DNA of 64,000 nt, taken from contig OZ219753.1 of assembly GCA_964291315.2 (NCBI GenBank), forward strand, positions 3,168,001-3,232,000. Direction: 5' to 3'. Made by a program: the position numbers and the translations under genes. The stretch's first letter is position 1. Every line of letters starts with the position of its first letter. Positions 11,136 through 22,621 of the stretch are shown here, piece after piece. The notes beneath the pieces are model-generated. The model had not been told where the DNA came from, ran no database searches, and was given only the letters and a program-made list of their open reading frames with translations. This DNA is from Candidatus Poribacteria bacterium. GTDB taxonomy: Bacteria > Poribacteria > WGA-4E > WGA-3G.

Positions 11136-13391
11136 ATGGCTGATAACAAAGAATACAAAGTTGTTGGAACCCGACCTATCCGCCATGACGGCGTTGACAA
11201 GGTCACCGGCCGGGCTCTTTACGGGGCAGATTTTCAGATCACAGGACTCCTTCACGGCAGGGTGCTTCGGAGTCCACATGCCCACGCCCGAATCCTCTCA
11301 ATTGACACGAGTCGTGCCGAAGCTCTTCCGGGAGTCAAAGGGGCAGTCACTGCACAAGACTTGCCTACCGCTGAGGACAGAGTCGCAGACCTCGGTGAGG
11401 GAGCTGTCAATCTCAAATATCTCTGCGATAACATTTTAGCGAACGACAAGGTGCTGTACAAAGGACACGCAGTTGCTGCAGTTGCTGCGACGGACCCGCA
11501 CATTGCAGAAGAGGCATGCAAACTGATTGATGTTGAATATGAGGTGCTGCCCCCTGTGCTAGAGGTGCGTCATGCTATGGAGTCGGATGCGCCTCTCCTG
11601 CACGAGAATCTGAAAACTACTTCACTGGGTGAAACTGCTGAGGAACCGAGCAACATTGCAAGTCACATCCAACATAAAAAGGGCGATACTGAGAAAGGGT
11701 TCGCGGAAGCAGATGTCGTCATTGAACGGGACTTCGTTACAGGCACTGTCCACCAAGGCTACATTGAACCGCACAATGCCACGGCACATTTCAACCAAGA
11801 CGGTCAGCTGACCATTTGGTGTAGCACACAAGGGGCGTTTACTGTTCGTGAGCAGGTTGCTGAGATCCTCCACTATCCGATTTCTAAAATTAAGGTTGTC
11901 CCGATGGAGATCGGGGGAGGCTTTGGTGGCAAAATCAGCGTCTACATTAAACCGGTGGCAGCACTGTTAGCAAAGAAAACAGGCAAGCCGGTCAAGGTCT
12001 TGATGAGCCGCACGGATGTGTTTGAAGGTACAGGACCGACCCCGGCCTCTTACATCCGCGTCAAGATGGGGGCTACTAAGGACGGTAAGCTAACTGCGGC
12101 TGAGGCGTATCTCGCTTTTGAAGCGGGAGCTTATCCCGGCTCCCCGGTTGGCCCCGGGGCCATGTGTATCTTTGCACCTTACAACATTGAAAACGTCCTC
12201 ATTGACGGTTACGATGTTGTTGTGAACAAACCGAAAACCGCTCCGTATCGCGCACCGGGGGCAACAAACGCAGCTTTCGGTTCAGAGACAGTGCTTGACG
12301 AGATCGCCGAAAAGCTGGGCATAGATCCTCTTGAAATCCGGTTAATCAACGGTGCGAAAGAGGGGGATCGTCGTGCAGACGGTCCGGTTTACCCACGCAT
12401 CGGCTTCATTGAGTCAGTTGAGGCCGCGAAACAGCATCCACACTATGGCTCACCGAACGGGAAAAAGCACCACGGGCGTGGCGTTGCTTCTGGCTTCTGG
12501 TTTAACATCGGCTTGGAGTCGAGCGTGACGATTAATGTTAACGCCGATGGCACAATTAATCTCATTGAGGGGTCAACAGACATCGGCGGCACGCGCGCTT
12601 CCATCGCCATGCAAGCGGCAGAGGTTCTTGGTATCCCCGCGGAATCGGTGAACCCGAGCGTCGTTGACACCAATTCTGTGGGTTATACTGCTGTAACAGG
12701 TGGCAGCCGCACAACGTTCGCAACGGGGTACGCAGCGTATGAAGCAGCACAAGATGTTAAGAGACAGATGATCGATCGCGCCGCGAAACTCTGGGAGGTG
12801 GACGCATCCAAGGTCCAGTTTGCAGAGGGCGTATTTTCATCCATTAACGGCAAAGAGGAACAGATAAGTTTCCGTGACCTCTGCGCGCGTCTCGGTGAAA
12901 CCGGGGGTCCAATTGTCGGCAGCGGAACCGTAAATCCTGGGGGCGCTGGCGGTGCCTTCGCAACCCACGTTGTAGATGTGGCAGTAGACGAAGAGACCGG
13001 CAAGGTTGAAATTTTGCGCTACACCGCAACACAGGATGCAGGAAAAGCCATTCATCCGAGTTACGTTGAGGGGCAAATCCAAGGCGGTGTTGTTCAAGGC
13101 ATTGGCTGGGCATTGAATGAAGAATATATCTACAACGCCGAGGGTACGATGACAAACGCCAGCTTCCTTGACTATCGGATGCCAACCTGTTTGGACTTAC
13201 CTATGATTGATGCTGTCATTGTTGAGGTGCCGAATCCCGGGCATCCGTATGGTGTGCGTGGTGTCGGCGAAGTGCCGATCGTGCCACCGCCTGCTGCTAT
13301 CGCCAACGCTATCTACGATGCAATCGGCATTCGAATGACAGAGCTCCCGATGTCGCCAGATCGGCTTCTGAAAGCCATGGGCAAAATCTAA
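11136..13391 (+). CDS. Xanthine dehydrogenase-family molybdopterin-binding large subunit (not a form I CO dehydrogenase)
   Basis: GGGFGGK, APYRAPG active-site loop (not AYxCSFR), EGQIQGG and GVRGVGE. Confidence 0.9.
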   Translation: MADNKEYKVVGTRPIRHDGVDKVTGRALYGADFQITGLLHGRVLRSPHAHARILSIDTSRAEALPGVKGAVTAQDLPTAEDRVADLGEGAVNLKYLCDNILANDKVLYKGHAVAAVAATDPHIAEEACKLIDVEYEVLPPVLEVRHAMESDAPLLHENLKTTSLGETAEEPSNIASHIQHKKGDTEKGFAEADVVIERDFVTGTVHQGYIEPHNATAHFNQDGQLTIWCSTQGAFTVREQVAEILHYPISKIKVVPMEIGGGFGGKISVYIKPVAALLAKKTGKPVKVLMSRTDVFEGTGPTPASYIRVKMGATKDGKLTAAEAYLAFEAGAYPGSPVGPGAMCIFAPYNIENVLIDGYDVVVNKPKTAPYRAPGATNAAFGSETVLDEIAEKLGIDPLEIRLINGAKEGDRRADGPVYPRIGFIESVEAAKQHPHYGSPNGKKHHGRGVASGFWFNIGLESSVTINVNADGTINLIEGSTDIGGTRASIAMQAAEVLGIPAESVNPSVVDTNSVGYTAVTGGSRTTFATGYAAYEAAQDVKRQMIDRAAKLWEVDASKVQFAEGVFSSINGKEEQISFRDLCARLGETGGPIVGSGTVNPGGAGGAFATHVVDVAVDEETGKVEILRYTATQDAGKAIHPSYVEGQIQGGVVQGIGWALNEEYIYNAEGTMTNASFLDYRMPTCLDLPMIDAVIVEVPNPGHPYGVRGVGEVPIVPPPAAIANAIYDAIGIRMTELPMSPDRLLKAMGKI

Positions 13392-13756
13392 TTTACTCTC
13401 AATGCTACCGGGGTGGGGCCCGCCGCCTACCCCTACAAGTCAACCGAGTTGATAAAAACAGACAAACATCCGAAGTATGCCAACCGTTGCCATTCCCGCT
13501 CTCATGCGTAATCTTACAGACGGTGAAGAGAGCGTCTTGGTCTCTGGGACTACTGTCCGTGAAGCGATTGATAGCTTAGAAAGTCGCTACCCGGGTATCA
13601 AAGTTCGCTTGTGTGAAGGGGACCGTCTTAAACCCGGTATTGCCGTCTATATCGACGGTCTTCTCACCCGAGGGTCTCTCCGCGAACCGGTTAATGCGGA
13701 TGCGGAGATCCATTTCCTTCCTGCCATCAGCGGCGGCGCTGCCGAATCAACCTGTT
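13334..13756 (+). repeat. Direct repeat R1, copy a (last 18 codons of the xdh large subunit, intergenic region, moaD)
   Basis: Near-identical to 15589-16015, with a few substitutions and a 4-bp indel mostly in the 5' half. Confidence 0.95.
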
Positions 13757-13758
13757 AA
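13477..13758 (+). CDS. moaD: MoaD/ThiS sulfur-carrier protein, copy 1
   Basis: Ubiquitin-like fold ending FLPAISGG plus an AAESTC extension. Confidence 0.85.
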   Translation: MPTVAIPALMRNLTDGEESVLVSGTTVREAIDSLESRYPGIKVRLCEGDRLKPGIAVYIDGLLTRGSLREPVNADAEIHFLPAISGGAAESTC

Positions 13759-13869
13759 GATTGGTTATATGTAATCAGGCAAAAGATGGCGAATAGTCAA
13801 AAAAGTATCCCCACTATAATTCCAATCCTGATGACGAGTTGATGGAGTCCTCTTGGCAGCAATTTGATC

Positions 13870-14323
13870 TTATCGGTGCCTCGCTGACCTTCTACGGATA
13901 ACGGATGATGTGAGTACGTGCGGGCACCGCGTTGGTGGTCGGCTTCCTGTTTCTATCCCCAGCTTCCGGCCCGTCCGAAACAACGCAACGGGACACGTCG
14001 AGATTACCGGGATAACGCAGTCTGAACTCAATAACGCGGGGTTCAATATCCTACGGAGTAAGAGCAAGGCCTGCAAGTTCCCAGCGATTAACACAAAAGG
14101 GCTAATTGCTGGCCACGGCACGACACCCGAGAAGCATGTCTATACCTACACAGATACCACTGCGAAACCCATGGTCTATTACTACCAGATAGAAGCCATT
14201 TCTATGGACGGGGTGCGCACGATGTTACGGACGACGCATCTGCGTGGAAATGTCTCTGTGAGTGGTAACCTCACAACGTGTTGGGGTGAGCTGAAATCGC
14301 CAAATAGCAGACATAGCAGTTAG
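13870..14323 (+). pseudogene. Decayed C-terminal fragment of a large secreted protein (LPV-type Ig domain and a 'LTT.WGELK' C-terminal motif)
   Basis: LPVSIPSF, SELNNAGFNILRS, GHGTT, YTYTD, YYYQIE and LTTCWGELK. No signal peptide or clear start. Confidence 0.6.
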
Positions 14324-14547
14324 ACAACAAACTAACCTTACAAATCAATTAACCGAACGTAGAGGGCGGAACTCATGTTTCACTCCCCAACGTTTTTTAA
14401 CCACAGTCGCTGCCTGTTTTCTTTTCGGTGATCGAAAAAAAGCTAAACTTTTTGGACCGAAACGTATATATATAAATAATAAGGCGAAACATCACCGGAC
14501 GTGAAAGTATCCGGGAGTTTTGCACTACAAGAGGAAGGAGAAAACAA

Positions 14548-14865
14548 ATGAAAACGTCTTTGTTTCAAATGCTTGTGATTCTTAGCTTCCTTACCGTAGG
14601 TTTCATGACCGTTACGTCGTTTTTTCAAGAGAGTGGGGCAGATCCAAGCGAGGTTATACATGAGAGACACGAATATTGGAGGCGGTGTATAAACCTACCA
14701 AGTTCACCACAACTCCTGTTTATTCAGAATAAGGTCTATGCGAATGGGTGGCATGAAGGGGATCACTGGAGCAGCGGTGGAAACGACTCTGTGCCGCGCC
14801 ATCTTGTATCCATAATACGCAGAACGGTTTACCATCTCCGTTGGGTACGGTGTGAGGTCGCCTAA
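14548..14865 (+). CDS. Small secreted His/Cys/Trp-rich orphan protein (105 aa)
   Basis: Strong RBS (AAGGAGA), signal peptide ending ESGA, mature part with 2 Cys and several His. Confidence 0.7.
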   Translation: MKTSLFQMLVILSFLTVGFMTVTSFFQESGADPSEVIHERHEYWRRCINLPSSPQLLFIQNKVYANGWHEGDHWSSGGNDSVPRHLVSIIRRTVYHLRWVRCEVA

Positions 14866-14882
14866 ACCTTACCTTTTCTTTT

Positions 14883-14919
14883 TATAGGTAGGACTTGCCA
14901 GAGACAAGTTCTACCTATA
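14883..14919 (+). terminator. Intergenic hairpin between the peptide gene and its partner gene
   Basis: TATAGGTAGGACTTG...CAAGTTCTACCTATA inverted repeat. Confidence 0.6.
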
Positions 14920-14951
14920 TCTAATCTTTAAAATAGGAGGTATTCTTAGAA

Positions 14952-15593
14952 ATGAAACGAGTTTTTTTCACTGCCGGCGCTCTAATTTTTTTAGGCATCG
15001 CTTGGACGTTATTTCTCCGGTGGGATAGGATCCGTTTTGTGGAAAGCCTACCCAAAGCGCCCGTTCGCACTGATATCCAACACGCCACAGAACAGACTCC
15101 TCAAGATCTCATTGCTGAAGACAAAAGCAGCGATGCGCTTAGAGTCCAGAGAACACAAGATGAGTCTGCCCATATAGATGAGGAAACGCCTATAGACACA
15201 ACGGACAGGCCCTTGCATCACAATGAGACTCATTCGTACCGCCCCGAACTCACTTTTCGCCATGAGTCTGAACAAGGCATTGAAACTCTCAAACCAGAGA
15301 ATAAATCCCCAATTTTTGCTCCGGATCTCTCCGCAGAGGAACTCATAGAGATGGACCGTCAGAGCTTCGTAGAAAAATACGGTAATATTCCTGAGATAGA
15401 CATATTTTTCAAATATATGTCTCCTGTTTATGAAGCGTGGGCAGCTGGGGAAAGTCAGTTTACCGTTGACAGAACCAACGAAAAAATACTTGAGTTGAGC
15501 CGCGCACAGATGGTTTTGTATCCGGATAAGCCTTATTTTAGAAAGGAATACGAACGCGCGCTAAAAATATTGAAGGAGCAAGAACAACAATGA
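14952..15593 (+). CDS. N-terminally membrane-anchored orphan protein (213 aa), 'G(D/N)IPE' family
   Basis: AGGAGG RBS, single N-terminal TM, low-complexity linker, C-terminal EKYGNIPEI...AQMVLYP similar to the 239-aa proteins. Confidence 0.75.
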   Translation: MKRVFFTAGALIFLGIAWTLFLRWDRIRFVESLPKAPVRTDIQHATEQTPQDLIAEDKSSDALRVQRTQDESAHIDEETPIDTTDRPLHHNETHSYRPELTFRHESEQGIETLKPENKSPIFAPDLSAEELIEMDRQSFVEKYGNIPEIDIFFKYMSPVYEAWAAGESQFTVDRTNEKILELSRAQMVLYPDKPYFRKEYERALKILKEQEQQ

Positions 15594-16015
15594 CAGAGCT
15601 CCCGATGTCGCCAGATCGGCTTCTGAAAGCCATGGGCAAAATCTAATTTACTCTCAATGCCACCGGGGTGGGGCCCGCCGCCTACCCCTACAAGTCAACC
15701 GAGTTGAAAAAAACAGACAAACATCCATCCACAGTATGCCAACCATTGCCATTCCCGCTCTCATACGTAATCTTACAAACGGTGAAGAGAGCGTCTTGGT
15801 CTCTGGGACTACTGTCCGTGAAGCGATTGATAGCTTAGAAAGTCGCTACCCGGGTATCAAAGTTCGCTTGTGTGAAGGGGACCGTCTTAAACCCGGTATT
15901 GCCGTCTATATCGACGGTCTTCTCACCCGAGGGTCTCTCCGCGAACCGGTTAATGCGGATGCGGAGATCCATTTCCTTCCTGCCATCAGCGGCGGCGCTG
16001 CCGAATCAACGTGTT
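15589..16015 (+). repeat. Direct repeat R1, copy b
   Basis: Starts at AATGACAGAGCTC and supplies the TGA stop of the 213-aa gene. Matches 13334-13756. Confidence 0.95.
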
Positions 16016-16023
16016 GGAATTAG
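15736..16023 (+). CDS. moaD: MoaD/ThiS sulfur-carrier protein, copy 2
   Basis: Differs from copy 1 by V4I, M10I and D15N, and ends ...GGAAESTCWN. Confidence 0.85.
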   Translation: MPTIAIPALIRNLTNGEESVLVSGTTVREAIDSLESRYPGIKVRLCEGDRLKPGIAVYIDGLLTRGSLREPVNADAEIHFLPAISGGAAESTCWN

Positions 16024-16191
16024 TTTTAGGTATCGATGCAAAAAGCGCGCGTATGATCGGCGATTCTGCTTAAAAATGCAGGTAAAACCCCTAAAATTTC
16101 CTGATCACAGCTTTTCTTCGTAAAAAAAACGAATAAATTTGAAAAAAAATGGTTTTAAGGGCAGAATTATGCATTTTTTTGACAAATTAAT

Positions 16192-16220
16192 TTGACAAAC
16201 GCTTTTTGAAGGTGTATAAT
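16192..16220 (+). promoter_or_regulatory. rRNA promoter; boxA-like GTTCTTTGAAA at about 16253
   Basis: Perfect TTGACA-17 bp-TATAAT with an AT-rich upstream region. Confidence 0.85.
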
Positions 16221-16338
16221 TAACATTACCTTTCAATAGGAAAGGTGGTTTTGTTCTTTGAAAGTTAAATAGTGAACGTGACGTGCCTATTAAATAGCTT
16301 GTGAGTGCACTTCCATTGAGAAGATGTACTTCAATACT

Positions 16339-17997
<1,659 letters not shown>

Positions 17998-18073
17998 AAC
18001 AAATGTTCTAACACATCCTACCTTGCTACAACTTATCTTGCAAAGAACCTCCAATTAGAGGAGATCAATCAAC

Positions 18074-18847
18074 ATGTGGAAAGATGTTCTCTTCAACAAA
18101 CGTTTTTTTACTGGCCTCGTTTTTCTCACGCTTCTTATTGTAGGCAGCATCATCTGGTATGAAAGTGAAATACGCAAATTACGAAAGAGCGAGGCAAAAA
18201 CTCAGGTATTTCTCGACGCTTTAAAGAAAGACACCCTAGCTACCAAAGATGGTGAAGAGAATCCGGACTTGGCCATTTCACAGTCGGAAACCACAACAGC
18301 ACCTCTGGTGGTTGAAGAAAATGAAATGCAGACATTACAACAAGAGAATTTTATCAGGGACGATCAAAGTATGGAGACTGCGGAGCCCCTGAGAAACAGT
18401 AAGACTGGTGACATAATAGGTGAATCAAATTTAATAAATGACTTTCCAGAAGTTCCTGAAGGGTTTCCATCCGACCTTATTCCGGTTTGGGTTCACCTCC
18501 CGAATTATCAAAAAGGTGATATGTACGGACATGAACTGATGTATCGGGTTTTGATAAAACTCTGGAATCAGGGCGATCACGATTTTGTAAACGGCATCTA
18601 TAGCCACAATAATGGCCGCGTCTACCCACTCTGTAATGATGTGCTGTATGTTGAATGGGACGATGAGGTTGTTAATGGTAAAACTATTAGGTTTCCAGTT
18701 GCTACGACTGGAGCAATGGAATATCCCTTTACAATTGAGGAACAGATCACAGGAAGTTACTTAACGAAATATCCCGGCCTCAAGTTTGTTGATTGGCATC
18801 AGGCGGGATATGACCCTGAAACTTTTCTGAGTGCTGATGAAAAATAG
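18074..18847 (+). CDS. N-terminally membrane-anchored orphan protein (257 aa), 'MWKDVL' family
   Basis: GAGGAG RBS, N-terminal TM, acidic linker, globular C-terminal domain (FPEVPEGFP...ELMYRVLIKLWNQG). Confidence 0.75.
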   Translation: MWKDVLFNKRFFTGLVFLTLLIVGSIIWYESEIRKLRKSEAKTQVFLDALKKDTLATKDGEENPDLAISQSETTTAPLVVEENEMQTLQQENFIRDDQSMETAEPLRNSKTGDIIGESNLINDFPEVPEGFPSDLIPVWVHLPNYQKGDMYGHELMYRVLIKLWNQGDHDFVNGIYSHNNGRVYPLCNDVLYVEWDDEVVNGKTIRFPVATTGAMEYPFTIEEQITGSYLTKYPGLKFVDWHQAGYDPETFLSADEK

Positions 18848-18929
18848 TAGACACTGTGTCAAAAAGGTTATCCGACTTTTTTTGCAATTGATACGATCAC
18901 TGTCATGTTCAGTGCAACAGGGGAAAATT

Positions 18930-19036
18930 ATGATACGGAAACCTAGCTTCTCGGTTACATTATCAGTATTGCTGCTCACATTTTCTGTCACAGTTAGGTT
19001 AGGGGCATATGGTGTTTTTACCACTGCACATCGAAA

Positions 19037-19055
<19 letters not shown>
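18930..19055 (+). pseudogene. 5' stump of a signal-peptide gene, truncated by the 16S fragment
   Basis: AGGGG RBS and ATG, then MIRKPSFSVTLSVLLLTFSV..., running into 16S sequence at 19037 and stopping at 19055. Confidence 0.45.
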
Positions 19056-19842
<787 letters not shown>

Positions 19843-19904
19843 TCGGAACCTAGCTTCACAGACAGTAAACACTTTGTCTACACCCCTTAGGAAAAGGAGA
19901 AAGA

Positions 19905-20261
19905 TTGATGTTTTTCTTCACTCGTATGATGGTTATCCTCTATATGTTGAGTATCATATCATTTGCTTGGATACCGCATGCAGAAGCCGGCTGGGGCGTC
20001 GAGATCGTTACAGATATACATTCGCCGTGTTATGCATCCCACCCCGGGTATGGTAGCTACTATTGCGGCACTAAAACCAATACACGCTATGAGTATGAAA
20101 GTCCACCTGAGCCACCAGCTCATTATTGGTATTATCTTGATCGATATAATAGGCAAATTCCTGTACACGTTGAGCATCCACGAGAACGGCGAAATAAACG
20201 ATTAGTCATTTTTCGGAAAGAAAGCACTTGCATGGAATGCGATTTCGGTGTTGTCTATTAA
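19905..20261 (+). CDS. Small secreted Cys/His/Tyr-rich orphan protein (about 117 aa)
   Basis: AAGGAGA RBS, signal peptide ending HAEA, 4 Cys in the mature part including a C-terminal CxxC. Confidence 0.7.
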   Translation: MMFFFTRMMVILYMLSIISFAWIPHAEAGWGVEIVTDIHSPCYASHPGYGSYYCGTKTNTRYEYESPPEPPAHYWYYLDRYNRQIPVHVEHPRERRNKRLVIFRKESTCMECDFGVVY

Positions 20262-20270
20262 CATTTGACT

Positions 20271-20299
20271 CGTGCGGATAGAAGATTTCTATCCGCACG
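20271..20299 (+). terminator. Perfect 13-bp intergenic hairpin (second copy at 24167-24195)
   Basis: CGTGCGGATAGAA-GAT-TTCTATCCGCACG. Confidence 0.65.
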
Positions 20300-20317
20300 T
20301 ACTCGATTGGAGTTTTT

Positions 20318-21037
20318 ATGAAATTATGGATGGTTGCAGCAACCCTGTCTATTCTCTTGGCTTGTGGGTTCCTCGTTTATACAAAATGGGAAAAGCAGCA
20401 TTTTTTAGAAGGTATTCCGAAAAATCCGGGACTCGAAAATCTTCCGAAACATCGAGCTGTCGACTCTACGGAACCCTTTAAGACACAAGAGCTAAAAACT
20501 GAACAGAATACACAACGGCATCCGAGATTAATTTTTGAACATACTGAAGACAGAAACTATCAGATAGAATCCCCGGATGAACATGCCGCCCCAAATTGGG
20601 ATGACAACGAATCCCCCGCTGAACAAAGCCAGGACCCCTGGGGAGACATGATCGACAAGGAGCGGATCAAAGCACGTGGGGCTTATATCGAGGATCCGGA
20701 AAACATGGAACTCGGAGAACTTGTTGAGGCGGAACGTCAACAACTCATTGAGCGATTTGGAGATATTCCTGAAGTGAGTCTTTATACTTCTTTGAAACCA
20801 GGATACTTGGTTGGGAAACTAAATCTTGACGAACTGATAACTTTTCTCAAAGCCCAATATTCACTCTTTCCAAGCGAAAGTACTCGGAAGTCAATTGTCT
20901 TACGCGAATGGGAAAAATCGAGGGATGATAGAGGCGTTAGGCATCAAGATCCAACAGAGGCGGATCTAGAATATCTCAAATCCCAGGGTATTACTGTCAG
21001 AAGGACAAGAAACCGTTTAACGATTACCAGTGAATAA
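20318..21037 (+). CDS. N-terminally membrane-anchored orphan protein (239 aa), 'G(D/N)IPE' family, copy 1
   Basis: N-terminal TM and ERFGDIPEV...AQYSLFP. Confidence 0.75.
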   Translation: MKLWMVAATLSILLACGFLVYTKWEKQHFLEGIPKNPGLENLPKHRAVDSTEPFKTQELKTEQNTQRHPRLIFEHTEDRNYQIESPDEHAAPNWDDNESPAEQSQDPWGDMIDKERIKARGAYIEDPENMELGELVEAERQQLIERFGDIPEVSLYTSLKPGYLVGKLNLDELITFLKAQYSLFPSESTRKSIVLREWEKSRDDRGVRHQDPTEADLEYLKSQGITVRRTRNRLTITSE

Positions 21038-21166
21038 GAATTAGCGATTGCAAGCATATCGTTTTCGGAAACACTTTTGACAGCGCCACATTCCAGCAGA
21101 TCCAATTCCGCTTTCGGTTTCCGGCGATGACAATAGACAAGGTTGTAAAATTTAAGGACACATTGT

Positions 21167-21430
21167 ATGTTAAGGAAAAAGAACCTGCTTATAATAGGCG
21201 GGGTCTGTTTCCTCATAGGGGCTATTTTCCTTTATCTACACACTTCTTCCCGAAGAGTTAGCGAAGAAGTGAAGCCGCACCTTAAAAAGCTTTATGCCCT
21301 TTCGGGTGAACTGACTCTAGCACAAAAACTGGAATATATCGAGATAATGGCTGCCATTCAGGCCGTTCATAATCAAACGCCCCTCCCGGTGGAAAGATGT
21401 TCTCTCCAGCAAACTCGCTTTCAATTTTGA
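21167..21430 (+). pseudogene. Truncated copy of the 180-aa protein (first ~74 codons), fused to the tRNA-promoter segment
   Basis: Nearly identical N-terminus to 25063-25605 up to ...NQTPLP, then switches to the sequence found at 26124. Confidence 0.8.
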
Positions 21431-21455
21431 AAAACCCCATTTCTTAGGAATTAAT

Positions 21456-21484
21456 TTGACAAATCCTACTGCTGAGCGTATGAT
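21456..21484 (+). promoter_or_regulatory. Diverged copy of the tRNA-Ile promoter
   Basis: AATTAAT-TTGACA-17 bp-TATGAT-TAATATT; compare 26192-26220. Confidence 0.7.
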
Positions 21485-21559
21485 TAATATTGCGTTTTGC
21501 CAAGAACAGCTCGGCGGTCCTTCCCTAAAGACTGTCTTTTCTTCAAGATACCTCTCATA

Positions 21560-21612
21560 GGCTTATAGCTCAGGCAATTAGAGCACCCCTGATAAGCGCG
21601 AGGTTTCTGGTC
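21560..21612 (+). pseudogene. Degenerate tRNA-Ile(GAU) lacking the T-arm 3' side and acceptor 3' strand
   Basis: GGCTTATAGCTCAG-GCAA-TTAGAGC-ACCC-CTGATAAGCGCGAGGT-TT-CTGGT aligns to 26280-26333. Confidence 0.8.
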
Positions 21613-21671
21613 CACCGTGTGTTTATAGTTCGGCTGATTGTCTTTAACTAACAACAAAGGAGAACACTTTA

Positions 21672-22520
21672 ATGAAGCATTTACGTACACCCTATCGCCT
21701 GTTTATAGGTGCCCTGATTGTCTTTGTCGGCATCTTTGCTTTAAGGACGCTCTACCTCAGGCATGCTGAACGTGAGACGCAAGAAGCGATTAAATTGGCA
21801 CCGCTGCCGACAGGGACTATCCAAACCCCCTCTATAGAAGAAACATCAGAAGGCGGACGTTTCCGAACCGGCGGCGCAGAGCATGCACAACCGGGCGAAA
21901 CGACTCATTTAGATGAGGCAGAGACATCCTCACAAAAGACCATTGTTGAGAATACCACTAGTGTTAAGAAACAGCCCACTCCTCTTGAAATGAAACTGCT
22001 GGAGCGTGGGATTGACATTAGCAAATTACCGCGCGGGCCCAATGGGGAACTTCTTAAAGGAGCAACAGGCGGAATCGCACTCGTTCCCAATCCTGTTGCC
22101 CCTACACAGAAAGACATTGAAAGAGCTAAGAAAGATAGACAGCTCAGGGAATGCCTTGCAGAGATTGAAACGGAACTTCTAAAATTTCCGTCCGATGGCA
22201 CTATAGGCAAGGAACCGTTCCTCAAAGTCCTTGATTTGCAAGAAGAGAAATTCCGTATAGAACGAGAGTTGGGCGTTCAATTGCGAGGTACTGCTGATCC
22301 GATTATAGGGGTAGAAATCGCAAGACATGCGATGAACGTTATGACTGATGAGGGGATCCCCGTCTCTGGTGTCCCTCGTTTCATAGAATTATTTGAAGAA
22401 CTGGGGGCTTTGGAGTTAGCACGTCTGTTTCGGCTTGCTGCGGAGAATGCTGTTCGAAACGGTGAAGGTTTCTTTCATTCTCCGCTAGAAATACAACACG
22501 GAGAATCAGATGAACCTTAG
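21672..22520 (+). CDS. N-terminally membrane-anchored orphan protein (282 aa)
   Basis: AAGGAGA RBS, N-terminal TM, helical C-terminus. Confidence 0.7.
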   Translation: MKHLRTPYRLFIGALIVFVGIFALRTLYLRHAERETQEAIKLAPLPTGTIQTPSIEETSEGGRFRTGGAEHAQPGETTHLDEAETSSQKTIVENTTSVKKQPTPLEMKLLERGIDISKLPRGPNGELLKGATGGIALVPNPVAPTQKDIERAKKDRQLRECLAEIETELLKFPSDGTIGKEPFLKVLDLQEEKFRIERELGVQLRGTADPIIGVEIARHAMNVMTDEGIPVSGVPRFIELFEELGALELARLFRLAAENAVRNGEGFFHSPLEIQHGESDEP

Positions 22521-22621
22521 ATTTTTATTTATATGCCTTTTATTGATGGGCTCTTTTTTTAGTTTTGCCGATAACGAGTCAGGATTCTAGCAAGGCAGCC
22601 TTTTTAAAAGGAGATGACGGT

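Larger units (their letters stand above)
20190..21389 (+). repeat. Direct repeat R3, copy a (3' end of the peptide gene, the 239-aa gene, 5' part of the next gene)
   Basis: About 1200 bp, colinear with 24086-25285 (offset 3896), with scattered substitutions. Confidence 0.95.

Noticed and set aside
9662-13391. coxMSL aerobic CO dehydrogenase
   Set aside because: Gene order fits, but the active-site loop is APYRAPG, not AYxCSFR. The substrate is unknown.
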